Origin: Azolla caroliniana
Lineage: Eukaryota; Plantae; Polypodiophyta
Direction of reading: 5' to 3'
Assembly (NCBI GenBank): GCA_043228905.1
Contig: JBHGNT010000002.1
Coordinates: forward strand, 23,002,001 to 23,066,000
Length of the DNA: 64,000 bases
Shown here in pieces: positions 12,570 to 23,874 of this stretch (within the stretch, counting starts at the first letter, position 1; each line of letters opens with the position of its first letter). A program made the position numbers and the translations under genes. The notes below the pieces were generated by a model. It made no database searches. It was given only the letters and a program-made list of their open reading frames with translations, and had not been told where the DNA came from.

Positions 12570-13126
12570 TGGATGGCGAACATTGGGCATCCCTGACGAG
12601 GTGCTCATTACCTTTTGGAAGGGTCTCTGGCGTCTCCACATGCCTAAAAAAATCAAGCTCTTTTGGTGGCAGATTGGTCACAATGTGATTCCTATTGGGG
12701 AATGGCTTGGTAAAAGGGGCGGCCCGATAGGTTGCCCACTTTGCTCTTCACCCATTGAGTCTCTGAGACACTGTCTTTGGGATTGCCCTCAAGCTCAAAA
12801 GGTATGGGACAGAGTCACTCGCCTCCTTGCGGCATGTGAAGTGGTTGGAACAACCTCGTGGAGTGTTGCGGCATGGATTGACCACTCGACTGATAGGTGG
12901 ACGAACGCCTTTAATGCGGATACTTAGTGCTATGTATGCACGGGAGGCCAAATTGGCAAGATCCGCTTCGAGAGAGACTTGCTATCCGCATCCCCTAGAT
13001 TCCTGGAAATTTGGAGGTTGATCGCGGGCTTCACCTTATGGTATGTCTGGAAAGCATGATGCTTAAAGGTTTTCCAAGATCGGGTACAACCCCCAGAGGA
13101 AGTGATCATGGATATCTGGTTCGCGC
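12570..13126 (+). mobile_element. L1-type LINE ORF2 3' fragment (zf-RVT region)
   Basis: LWRLHMPKKIKLFWW...CPLC...ESLRHCLWDCPQAQKVW is the typical plant L1 C-terminal zinc-binding region. It contains stops and is cut by the LTR at 13127. Confidence 0.85.
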
Positions 13127-13442
13127 TGTCGGGGTAGTTGTGGTTCGTGCGGCGAAGTCGCAGGGACTAAGGTTAAGGGGAGTTGAAGGAACTTTTATAA
13201 GGCTTGCGCGCAAATGTTAGGAAGATAAAGGATATGAAGAATAATAGTTTAAAGTAATATGTGTGAGAGAGAGACTAGTATAGATAAAAGATAGAGGCAA
13301 TGTATGATTCAAGACGCAAGATAGAGACAAAGTATGATTTAAGACAAAAAAGTATATGACATGAACATGATGTGTATTACGAATACAAGATTTTACCAAC
13401 TTTACAATGTTTGGTAGCAAGATGAACCCTTTCTCTACCGAC

Positions 13443-13500
13443 CCTTGATTCGAACTCTTGACTCCAACTTGGAAACACGAGCCTCTTCACCAACAAGCTA
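13443..13500 (-). promoter_or_regulatory. tRNA-derived A/B-box cassette (Gly-TCC-like loop)
   Basis: The minus strand reads TAGCTTGTTGG...TTTCCAA...GAGTTCGAATC with tRNA spacing. Confidence 0.6.
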
Positions 13501-13763
13501 ACTTGTTTGTTTTTATATTATTATCTTATTTCTCTAACTTTCTCTTGATTCCCCCCTCCTTGTTTTCCCTTTCCCCTCTTTATATAAGTGTTGCCATGCA
13601 TATGGTAATGTATGGGAGCATGGCATGCATGCAATGCATGAGTTACATGTAATGCATGATCGCCATTTGGCGCACATGCATTGCATGTGATGAATGATGG
13701 CTATGTATGAAAATAGATATGAGATAAGTATAATGATGAAAATGAATTCTAAAATAACTAACC

Positions 13764-13820
13764 TAGCTTAGTGGTGTATGCTTGGTGCTTGTTATACAAG
13801 GTTGAGGGTTCAAGTCCCTC
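13764..13820 (+). promoter_or_regulatory. tRNA-derived A/B-box cassette with perfect T-arm
   Basis: TAGCTTAGTGG is followed 40 nt later by GAGGG-TTCAAGT-CCCTC (5-bp stem, 7-nt loop). Confidence 0.7.
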
Positions 13821-13899
13821 AATTTTACTTAATACAATATATAGCTTCATTCTTATATCATGAAGTACATTTATTTCACACTTTTACAAATAAATAGCC

Positions 13900-13956
13900 T
13901 AGCCTAGTGGTATGTATATTGTACATCGTATATAAGGATGTGGGTTCAAGTCTCTG
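13900..13956 (+). promoter_or_regulatory. tRNA-derived A/B-box cassette
   Basis: TAGCCTAGTGG is followed 40 nt later by GTGGGTTCAAGTC. Confidence 0.6.
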
Positions 13957-14018
13957 AAATATTATTAAATACAACATTTAAGCTCATTTTTATATCGTGA
14001 AGCACATTCTTCACGACA

Positions 14019-17000
14019 CCGTGAGGCTCATAGTTCGTGGGAGGCCTTCGAAGAGGCGCTCCTGAAGGCATTCGGAGGACGGCGGAAGAGCCGGGGACGA
14101 CACGACTTCGACCAGTGGGTAGCATCGACAAAGACCCATCGGGGTGCGACCAAGGCGTTCCGAGAGTTCGAGCGACGGCTTGCTCGGCTCCCAGAGCGGG
14201 AACAAGGTTTGGTGGGGCGGACAAGGTCCTATTGTTCGTCAGGTCGATCAACCAAGCGGAACGGGAGGCCGTCGGGATTGAGCTCAAAGACGATGACGGA
14301 GCGAATGGGCTTACAGAGGACTGGTCGAAGGTCGGAAGGCTGTGCCAACGGCTAGATGATGAGCGAGCCGAGAAGACTAAGAGGAAGGGGCGCGACGGCG
14401 TGCCATCACAGCGGGAAAAGGCCGAACGGCAAAGAGAGTCGGCAAGGGTCGGCATTGGGGCCAGAATTGCGGAGGCGTACGCAGCTCTCGAGGCGATGAT
14501 CGAAGAAGAGGAAAGACGGAGGCCGCAAGCCGAGACTGAGGAGACGGACTAGCCTCACGCGACGGCGGAAGATCGGTACCACGGTACCACGGGAGAGGGT
14601 GCGAAACGAAATGCCCTCTCGACTTGCGGAGATAGAACGACCAAGGACGAGGCCGAGATACAGATCGCGGAACCGGAACATTGGGACCAGCAGTTTCGGG
14701 CATGTCAGCCCGAGATCCCGGTCATTGGAAAAGCAAGCCCAGACAGGGCTTGCGCGATCGGTAAGAAGACGACCGCCGACCACGAAGAGTCGGTGGCTAC
14801 GGACAAGGGCGTAAAACGGACAGGCGATTCTTTGTGTCTTCCCACACTTGCTCCCGAGATGATGGCGGTCGGTCCCGAGTGCCCAAATGAGTCCCAAGCG
14901 GAGGAAGGCGGCGGCGAAAGGCCAAGAATCACCGGCGAGACGATATGGGGAGGGAGCGGACAAAAGCCCACGGACCCGATTCCGGAGAACTCGGCATTCG
15001 GGCCCGTATGCCCATGGAAGACCGAGGAGATGGATGGCGGTACCGAGGAGTCCTAGCATGATGCCAGCGAAGACGGATGGGAAACGGCCTGCGAGGAAGC
15101 CGAGGACGGACGCGGCACGAGGAGATCGGTATTCCGATACGGGTGGAGCGCGATCCGGTCGTGGATCGTTCGATCGGGGCCGGGTTCGGCATGAAAGTGC
15201 CAAAACAGAAGAGGGTGCGGGACGAGCCGCCCTCTTTTACATGGGGAGAAAGACCGATCGGGCGAAGGTCGAGATTTGGAAAGAGAATGGAAGCCGGTCC
15301 TATGGGATTCCTTACACCAATCCGGCTGCAGGCCCGAGTTCCGGCGTGAGTCCTACAAGAGAGATCGGTGGCGACAGGAGAACGGGACCCGGCAATATGG
15401 AGAAGGACGAACGGACCCGGATGAGAATCGGGCGGAGCGGACTCCCGGATGACCATTCCGGGAGGGAGGAAGAGAGCAGGCCTACGGAGAGGCCGAGGAG
15501 ACGGTACGTCGGTACCAAAGGAGAGGGTGCGGAACAAAACGCCCTCTTGGCATGCGGAAAAGGACGACCCGGGACAGGGTCGGGAAGACTAATGGGCGGT
15601 CTACGGAGGATCCTTCACACCGGTTCTAGAGACTTCGGCAGTCGGCAACGCGGTCGACGTAAGACCAAGATACTGACGGTGGTGGCGAGGTGACGAAGGC
15701 AAAGGGCATAAGGAAGTCCAGTCCTACGGGATCCTCACATCGGTTCCGGAGACCCCGGCTATTCGGCCAACGTGGCAACGTAAGACCGAGGGAGAAGGAA
15801 GGTGGCGGCGGGAAACGGGACCCGACTACGCGGAAGACACAAGGAGAGTTCGGGAGGGACTCAAACAAAAGACACCCGAATTTCGGCAAGCATAGAGACT
15901 TCGGCAGTTCGGCCAACGTGGCAACATGAGACCGAGAGAGAAGGTTGGTGGCGGCAGGGAACGGGACCCGACGACATGAGGTTTCGGAAGGAGCCGGTAG
16001 GGGCAAACACGAGGGGGGTTTGTCAAGCCGGAAAGGCACACCTAGAACAGAACAAGAGTCTCGCAAATGGCCATCACGGGCCAGATCGAAGCGTGACTAT
16101 GGGACGGTGTTCGGCGCGGGCGGGGCCGAACGAAGGAAGCGAAAGACGGCACAAGAGAGGTGCGGGGGACGAGGTGACAAGTGCCTAGTGAACTGCACAG
16201 GGTCGGAGTCAGGGGATGGCAAGAGAGGCCGGAGGAGGATCCTCCACACTCACTTCGTAGATCTCGGTAGCTTCGTCGAAGTAGCGAAGACTGACACGGC
16301 AAACCCGGGGTGACAAGCTGGTGGGGGCGAGGGGACGACGGCAAGCGGAAGACTCAGGACCTATCGCAGCAGCACGAAGACAGGAAGGGCCAAGCGGGCT
16401 ACTACGGGGTGTTCCTCGGATGCAAAGGACACTGGTATGCGGGTGAGCCGCGATGCACGATCAGGCCGGAAAGGGATCCTCCACACCGTTCCGGAGACCA
16501 TGGCGGATCGAGCCGACGCGGCAATGTAAGACCATGGAGAAGGAAGGTGGCGGCGAGAGGGCGGTGGCCACGCGAAACAACATGGGACGACAACCAGGAA
16601 ATCACGAATGGTCAATGGAGGCCAAGCGGGCGACTACGGGTGTGCCTCAAGCGGAGGACATCGGGCATACGGCAGGAAGCGGGGCGTTCATACGGCCGAA
16701 CAAGGGCCAACGGAAGTACGCGTACTACGGAGATCGCGGCAGAGGACCCATCGACGGGTCGAACGAGCCTACGGGGAGGTAAGCGCGAAGGAAGAATCGA
16801 GGCCGACGGATCAAACCGGCAGCGAGCCGGGATGCAGATCACGGAAGCCCGGTTTCTCGCCGGCCGAAATCTCTCACCCTTCAACCGGATTTGGCACGTA
16901 CCGGTGGACGTGCAGTTAGGTGGGGGCGAATGTCGTGAAGAATTTCGGCCAGAGGCGAAAACCGGGGAACATTGGCTACATCGGCGGGGTGCAGCGTGTG

Positions 17001-17503
17001 TATGCATCCATGTACATTTAGTGTGAATATCGAGGGCGCCTTTATGGCGCCGAAGAGTAGTCAAGTCGGGACAGACGATCCCATGTAAGTCGGGATTTGT
17101 CCCACATTGTAACACATCCCTTTCCTTGTTCTATAAAAGGGAACGCCCTTTGTGTAAGGGTTGCCCATTTTGCATTAGAGGGTATACCGTTAGGTTTAGA
17201 GTTAGTTTCTTCTTCTTCTTCTTCTCCCCCTTCGTGTTCTGCTTAGGGTTTGCTTTGGCGGCCTCCTGTGCAAGACCCTACTCGGCGCGACGAGCCGAGA
17301 GCTCCCCGACGGCGGCTTGGCAACAGACGACTACTGTAACCTGCCTCAACCCGGCTCGAAGCCGGGAATGTATTCTTTTTTTTTTATATGTATACATTTG
17401 CGTCTGTCTGTGTATATTCGCGTCGTTGTTGGCGTCGGATGCTTCCCCTTTCCTGCATTTCCTATACATAAGAGTGTGTGTGTGTGTGTGCGTGAGTCGG
17501 TGT

Positions 17504-17543
<40 letters not shown>

Positions 17544-17657
17544 TCAGTTACTTCCGGTGTGCTTCTGAGATGCCCCAGAAACAGTGAAGCACGACTTCCT
17601 ACGCTCCGTCACTCCCTAGTCCCGCCTTTCTCCACGCACATGCGTAACAACGCAACA
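14019..17657 (+). mobile_element. Element D: 5'-truncated non-autonomous gag-only (TR-GAG-like) relative of family B
   Basis: Frameshifted gag fragment at 14019-14552 (SWEAFEEALLKAF...KVLLFVRSI...GLTEDW). Next come 2.4 kb of GC-rich repetitive sequence with no pol motifs, a PPT AGGTGGGGGCGAA and an LTR at 16931-17657. Confidence 0.75.
16931..17657 (+). repeat. Element D 3' LTR
   Basis: TGTCGTGAAG start after the PPT, TATAAAA near 17132, end ...gtcccgcc...cgtaacaacgcaaca resembling the 36152 end. Confidence 0.8.
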
Positions 17658-18146
17658 ACGTAACACTTAATTACAATGACAAGAGATTACAAACTCCGAC
17701 GGTTACAACCGACAAGGCGGCAACGGACCCGACACGGGGACCCTACTCACGCACACCGACGACAGTCACACGACTCCATGAAACCAAAGGGGGAAAAGGA
17801 GAGACTCTGCTGGAAGCACACGGGCTGTTCCCGAAGCAGAGGCAGCGAACTCCCGACACCCGCAGAGAACGACGGTCGGCGGAGATGAGAGAGGCTTCGC
17901 ACCCATATCTGCAACAGCACCCCCTTTCTCCCTCGCGCGCGATACCCCTTTTCTCTTGTCCTATTCCCTTTATTCCCTGTCCCTCTGGCAGGGATACGCA
18001 CAATCCCCCCCCTAATAAATGCATGCGGCTTAGTATTTTTCTCCACCGATTCGTGTACAAAATACCAAGTCACGCGTCCATCCGTGTAAGGGCCCGTTTA
18101 TGCGCTTTCTCTCCGATTCCACCTATGGCCGGTTTTCTTCACGACA
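17658..18146 (-). repeat. Partial family-B LTR, minus strand (interrupted by element D, itself inserted in B1 gag)
   Basis: Its reverse complement is clearly similar to 35414-35992 (tgtcgtgaagaaaaccggccatagg...). Confidence 0.85.
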
Positions 18147-19922
18147 CCACGCGGAACAGCGGGTCCAGGAGGTCACCGGTTGGGGCGATCCGGTCGAAGA
18201 GAAAACGGGCTTCGTAGAGGTCGCTTGCCAGAACTACGAAGTTCTGGTGGAGGATAAACGGGCAGGAAAGGCCGGAGTGGTCGGTCCCCCGCAGAGGTAT
18301 GAGACCCAGTTCGGACCGAAACCGACCGGTGCTGGCAACCCAGGCGCGCCGGACGGGAAGAAGCAGGCGGGGTTTCGCTTGAGCACCGAAATCGAAAGGA
18401 CCACAGACCTGCGAAAGGACCTGGAGGAACGTATCTTCGACAACAAGGTGGAGCTGTCATTGCGGGAGGCGCTGGGAATCGCCAAGAGGGAGTTCCACGA
18501 CTCTATCATAGATTTGGTGAAGCGGAAGAGGCTCTCGACGGAGCTGGAACCGGAGAAGCCGGTGCAGGTGCGGACCACACACCTGGAAGACGAAGCCCTA
18601 GAAGACGAGCTGGCGGGAAGCCACTACACGAAGCCGCATTGGGCCAAGGCAACTACGGAAACCCCTGTACGGATCGGCAATGTTCTAGAACCGGTGGTGG
18701 CGTTGGTAGACCATGGATCCGAAATCAACCTGATGTCCATGGATTTCTACAAGAAGGGTAAATGGTCGATCAACACCAAGCACAGCTGGAAGATACGGGC
18801 AGCAACGCGCGCCACGGAAGAACTACATGGGGCCTGTCCAAACGTACGGGTGAAGATCGGCGATGTCGAGATCGACCAGCACTTCTTCGTGCAGGAGACG
18901 TCCTTGCATCTGGTTATACTAGGAGAGCCGTATATCACAGCGGCACGGATGGAGACCAAGGTGTTGGACAACGGTTCAGCCTATGCAAGAGTCAAGAGCC
19001 AGGACGGGCGTCACTCGGTCCAGTTCCTAACGGTGCGACCAAACCACGAGCGTAACCGTGAGGCCCTCGGCGGTGAAACCCGAGGGGATTTTTAGAGAGG
19101 GCTATCAAGGCGTGGGGCCGCGATAGTCCGGACACCCAGGAAGAACCCCACAAATGTACAGTACGGAAGAAGACCTGTACCATAGGTAGGAAATTTTGGT
19201 TCTCCGACAACGGAGGTTGTACTATAACCGGCGTCGGCGGCCGGGAGAGGAAGCGAGCGGAGAAGCGGCTCAGGGGATGCGGAGTCCTCTTCCCCGACGA
19301 AGACATTAGCGGCGTCGTGGAGGCGGTCTCTTTTCACGACACCTTGGGCGAACTGCGAAAGGTGATCGGTGAAGACCTTAGAGAAGACCGGACCGTTCCG
19401 GTAGGTTCAATGGGAATGTACGAAGTCATCGCGGACTTCGGGGGAAGGATCGGGTCGGATCGGATGGCCCGCATGGATACAAAGTACAAGACTTGGACCG
19501 GAAGGTGAGGCTAGTCATGGCACCCTTGCCGGAGGGCAGCGAGGAGCGGATAAAAGGGGTCGCGTTGGACCCAAGTTTACGGAATCCGGCTGGCATAGGG
19601 CACTGGTTCACTGACATAACGCTACGGGAGCTCAAGGTCGGCGGGGGCGGCTTTCTACTACCGGCGGAGGAGGACCGGTTTCGGAGAATGCTCGGGAGGC
19701 ACGGGAAGGCTTTCGCATTCTCACCGGAGGAGATCGGGTGCGTAGACCCGATAGTTGTCGAACAGATGGTGATCTTCACGGTACCGCATGTACCGTGGAA
19801 TCTCAAGCCGATTCCGGTGCCAAGAGCTCACATCCCGAAGTTGATGGAGCACCTGAAGCAAAAGGTGGAGATGGGCATCCTCGAACCGTCGAGTGCCCCG
19901 TATTCGAATCGGTGGTTTACGG

Positions 19923-20707
19923 TGTCGTGAAGAAAACCGTCCCTAAGCGGAATCGGCGCACCGAGGCGTGGGAACCGGTTCTTCACGCGCGCACGCTCCA
20001 AGTTGTACATAGAATCGAATTAGGAGGATAATCGGCAGGAACGGGCCCTAACACGAGTGGAGACAAAGACCGCGCGAACAGTCTTTTCGGTCACGCGCGC
20101 GAACTGTACGAGTCGGCGGCGTAACTACGCGGATGCGTGAAGAACAGAGGAGATCCCTGTCAAAAAGGGACAGGGAATAAAGCTGACACGACGGCCTGCT
20201 CAACGGCCTATATAAGGAGCAGGAAAGAGCTGTTGCAGGGATCTCGCGCGGAGAGGACGAAGTGCTGTCGGACCGTTTCCGGACGCTTCTCTCTCTGTTT
20301 CCTTCCTTATTGAGCTCCATAGCTTTCTGTGCAGGGTTCGGAGGAGGCTCGCGCTGTTTCGAGGAACGCCCGGAGAGCTTCCAGCAGCACCTCCGACCTG
20401 CTACCCCTTTGTGCGTCGAACCGAACAGGCATCGGCGTCTGTTTGCCGGCCTGTTCGGTTGTAACCAACCTGTGCCCCATCGAGGGTTGTAGTAGTGTTA
20501 GACATTTCTGTTAATATACATAATTAGTCATTCGCGTCTGTCTGTGTCGGTGTCTGGACGCATTCTCCGTCCCGAAGGGCCGTGTCCCTGTGTATCCCCG
20601 GTCCTGCGTAGCCGGTCCTCTCACTTTCTCCTCCCTCGCTGGCTCTTTGGTTCGAGACCCCCGCGGTCCCGCCTCGTTTCCACACGCACTTGCATAATAC
20701 CTCGACA
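19923..20707 (+). repeat. B2 5' LTR
   Basis: TG...CA direct repeat of 32219-33003, with TATATAA near 20209. Confidence 0.97.
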
Positions 20708-20711
20708 TCTT

Positions 20712-20729
20712 TGGTGAACCCGACGTGAA
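20712..20729 (+). other. B2 primer-binding site, tRNA-Trp
   Basis: TGGTGAACCCGACGTGAA is complementary to the 3' end of plant cytosolic tRNA-Trp. An identical sequence lies at 37817-37834. Confidence 0.9.
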
Positions 20730-22421
20730 GGAGGCGGCAGAAGAGCAGAAGATGAGGGGGTCGGATCTTGCAGAGGCCATGGCTTCGGCCGTGGATCGGA
20801 TTGTAAACACGCGCGAGGGCGCCGGTGCCCTCGACAGAGCTATTGAGGCGGTCGTCGGCACGATCGGCCGGTTCGATGGGAAGGATGCCACGAAGTATTT
20901 GGCGTCCTACGGTGCAGAGATGCTGATGCGGGACATTCCGGAAGAAAGGCGTCTTGCCGGATTTCCCCGAGTGGCGATGCCGAGCATCCATGCGGAGGTG
21001 CTCGAGGTGCGGGCGGAGAGCCGTACCTGGGAGGAGTTCGAAGGTCGGCTCCTAGAGAAATACGGGCTGGACGACGCGCTCCGGCTCTCGAAGCGAAGGT
21101 TCATGGAATGGGTGGAGTCCCCGGGGAAGGGAAGAAACGCTTCGGCACTCCTCCGGGAGTTCGAGGAAAACTTTGCGCGCCTTTCGGCGCTTGACCGAAC
21201 CATCCTGGACACGAGCCGGATCTTGCTGTTTGTCAAGTCGGTCGACGAGCGGGATCGGGAGCAAGTAGGCCTCTTGCTGGAAACCGAAGACGGGCTCACT
21301 ACCGACTGGGCGGCTGTCAAGAAAGTCTGTGGCCGTTTCGACAAACGGCGAGAATGGGCGGATAACGGGGCAACCGGGTCGGGCTCGGTCGCAGCAAGGA
21401 AGCTCGAACCAGCGCCACAGGTGCGAAAGGAAGAGACCCGAGAGTGGTTGGAAACCGGTTCGGCTTCGACCGGCGTAGTCAGAGGCTCAACCGGAGGAGC
21501 GGCGTTGGAGGAATTGACGAGGGCGATAAAGGACCTCCAAATCGCGAAAGCCCGAAGGGAAGGTGGCGAACCGGCTCGTGACCGACGGCCGGCGGCAGGA
21601 AACAGGTGCATGTGGTGCGATGAAGTCGGCCACATTCGGAAGGACTGCGGCGACTTCGCGGAGGCGCTGAGGGACAGGGTGGTGTACCTGTGGGAAGGGC
21701 GGGTGCATGCCAGCGACACCCGAAGGGCCCTGAGCCGAAATGACGGGCGAGGTGGTATGAAAAGGTTGATGGAAGAGGCGGCGGCCCGACATGCGGAAAC
21801 CGTCCACTACTCGGCGTCGGCCGGCATTCGAGTCGGGGGCGGCGAGGCCCGAAGGGAAAGCAAAGCCGGATTCTGGCCGACAATGCTGGAAGGCCTTGCC
21901 GGTGCAAGGCTTAAAGGGGAGGAATCGGACCGTGCGGAGAAACGGGTACGGGAGATGACCGGGTGGAGCGACCCGGTCGAGGAAAAGACGGGCTTCGTGG
22001 AAGCCGCTTGCCAGAACTACGAGGCTCTGGTAGAAGAGAAGCGGGTGGGGAAACCCGGGACGACCGGGCCCTCGCAACGATACGAGACCCGGTCCGGGCC
22101 ACGGCGGGACGAGACCGGCGGGGCCGGTACGTGTCATAACTAGACTCGAACCCATAACCTTTTGTTACACGGGTCGAGACTTTACCATTAGGTTATGAAT
22201 TGTAATTTGAAGGATATTATTTTCATTTAGGTTTTATTGGGAAATTGATGTATATTCCAGATTTCTCTGGAACATTCTAGAAACTTCAGGAGTATTCCTG
22301 AAGACACTATAAAAGGAGGCGCAAGGCATTAGTTCGAACCAAATCGGTTCAACGCCAGTCTTAAGCCTTCTAACTACTGTTGTATATCTTCCTTCATATA
22401 ATACATATATCTTTCGCATCA

Positions 22422-22469
<48 letters not shown>

Positions 22470-22704
22470 ACTCATTCCTTCTCTCAAAAGTTCGACACCT
22501 CTCATAGTACTAATCCTTCTCTGTCTTAGTACTATTCCCCAACAATAGTACTAATCCTTCTTTTAGTACTAATTCCTTCTCTGCCTTAATAGAGTTCCTG
22601 ACAGTTTGAACCGATTTTTGGGTGCCTGTCTGGTCTTTTCTCTCCCTCTTCCTTCTGTCTCCCTCCTTTCCTACTAGTCTCTTATTTCCCTTTTCCTTCA
22701 TCCC

Positions 22705-23874
22705 ATGGCCACCGTTAGCGCTGAAGAGTATCAATCCGTTTTCTCGGAATTTCAATGCTTGAAAGAGAAGTTTCATGCTTTGGAACAAGAAAATCAACGC
22801 TTGTTGGGGGATCTTCAGCAAATTTCCTTAGAAAAGCAGCAAACGCAACAACAGCATGGGGAACTTGCGTTACGCGTGCAACAACTCGAAGCAACCATCG
22901 TAGCAATGCAACAACAAGGGCACGGAGCACAAGGGATTCATAAAGAACCCAAGATTGGCCTTCCCACGAAGTTCGATGGAACGCGATCGCAGTTTAGAGG
23001 GTTTCTTAACCAGGTACGGTTAGTTATTCAAATGCATCCGTCCCGATATCCCACCGATGCATCACGAGTGGGTTTAGTAGGCACGTTGTTAAATGGCTCA
23101 GCATTAGCATGGTTCGCTCCGCTACTAGAAAAGGAATCTCCAGTACTAAATAATTTTGAAGAATTCATAAGTGAGTTTAAAGCATGTTTTGGAGATACTG
23201 ACAGCATAAGGACTGCAATCAACAAAATCCGGCGATTACGCCAAGGTGACCGTCCAGCTTCCGCATATGCTGCAGATTTCCGCCTACTCGCCGCCGATAT
23301 CCCCTGGGATGATCAAGCATTGATGGAGCAGTTCCGCTATGGTCTACGCAACGATGTCAAGGATTTACTCTTGACTTTCCCTGAAGAGCCAAAATCATTA
23401 ATAGAAGCAATCAGTCGAGCGGTAAGATGTGACAACCGCCTCTTCGAGCGACGTTCGGAACGACAATTTCAGATGCCGAGGGCAAGATCCGAGCCTACCT
23501 ATGCCTCAGTGGTAGCAAAACCTTTTCAAAGGGAGTCACATAATGCGCCTCCAGTAAGTACTCCAACTCCAATGGAAATTGACACTACACGTCGTCGTGG
23601 GCCGCTATCGGAGGAGGAAAAGCAACGACGCCGAACAAACCGATTATGCCTTTATTGCGGTGGACCAGGGCATATCGCGATAAACTGTCCCCATAGACCA
23701 AGAAGGCAGGTAAACCAAGTCGTTGTTAGTTCTGACTATACTAAACCCGAGTCTATTTCAGTAGGAATCTCTGATAGTCCTCATAGTCATAATAGTCCTA
23801 ATAGTACTAATAGTCCGAATCTCGCAAACAAATTTGATGTCCTTAGCCAATTAGAAGAAGAGTTAAACGACTAA
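22705..23874 (+). CDS. Element C Gag (389 aa; coiled coil, retrotransposon capsid, CCHC knuckle)
   Basis: Intact ATG-to-stop ORF with PTKFDGTRSQFRGFL, LRQGDRPASAYAADF and CLYCGGPGHIAINC. Confidence 0.93.
   Translation: MATVSAEEYQSVFSEFQCLKEKFHALEQENQRLLGDLQQISLEKQQTQQQHGELALRVQQLEATIVAMQQQGHGAQGIHKEPKIGLPTKFDGTRSQFRGFLNQVRLVIQMHPSRYPTDASRVGLVGTLLNGSALAWFAPLLEKESPVLNNFEEFISEFKACFGDTDSIRTAINKIRRLRQGDRPASAYAADFRLLAADIPWDDQALMEQFRYGLRNDVKDLLLTFPEEPKSLIEAISRAVRCDNRLFERRSERQFQMPRARSEPTYASVVAKPFQRESHNAPPVSTPTPMEIDTTRRRGPLSEEEKQRRRTNRLCLYCGGPGHIAINCPHRPRRQVNQVVVSSDYTKPESISVGISDSPHSHNSPNSTNSPNLANKFDVLSQLEEELND

Larger units (their letters stand above)
13127..14018 (-). mobile_element. Family-B solo LTR (892 bp) without TSD, containing three tRNA-like cassettes
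   Basis: The minus strand starts TGTCGTGAAG with a terminal hairpin and ends ...tagtccctgc...ccccgaca. The flanks differ (GCGC versus CCGT) and belong to different elements. Confidence 0.75.

Noticed and set aside
13443-13956. Functional tRNA genes
   Set aside because: A and B boxes are present, but acceptor stems do not pair and anticodon arms are degenerate. Reported as tRNA-derived cassettes only.
14406-17115. Many overlapping ORFs of 100-270 aa on both strands
   Set aside because: The sequence is GC-rich and stop-poor, giving low-complexity R/G/P translations with no recognisable domains.
20907-22155. Long antisense ORFs over family-B gag (similar ones over pol)
   Set aside because: They are shadow frames of GC-rich coding sequence with no recognisable motifs.
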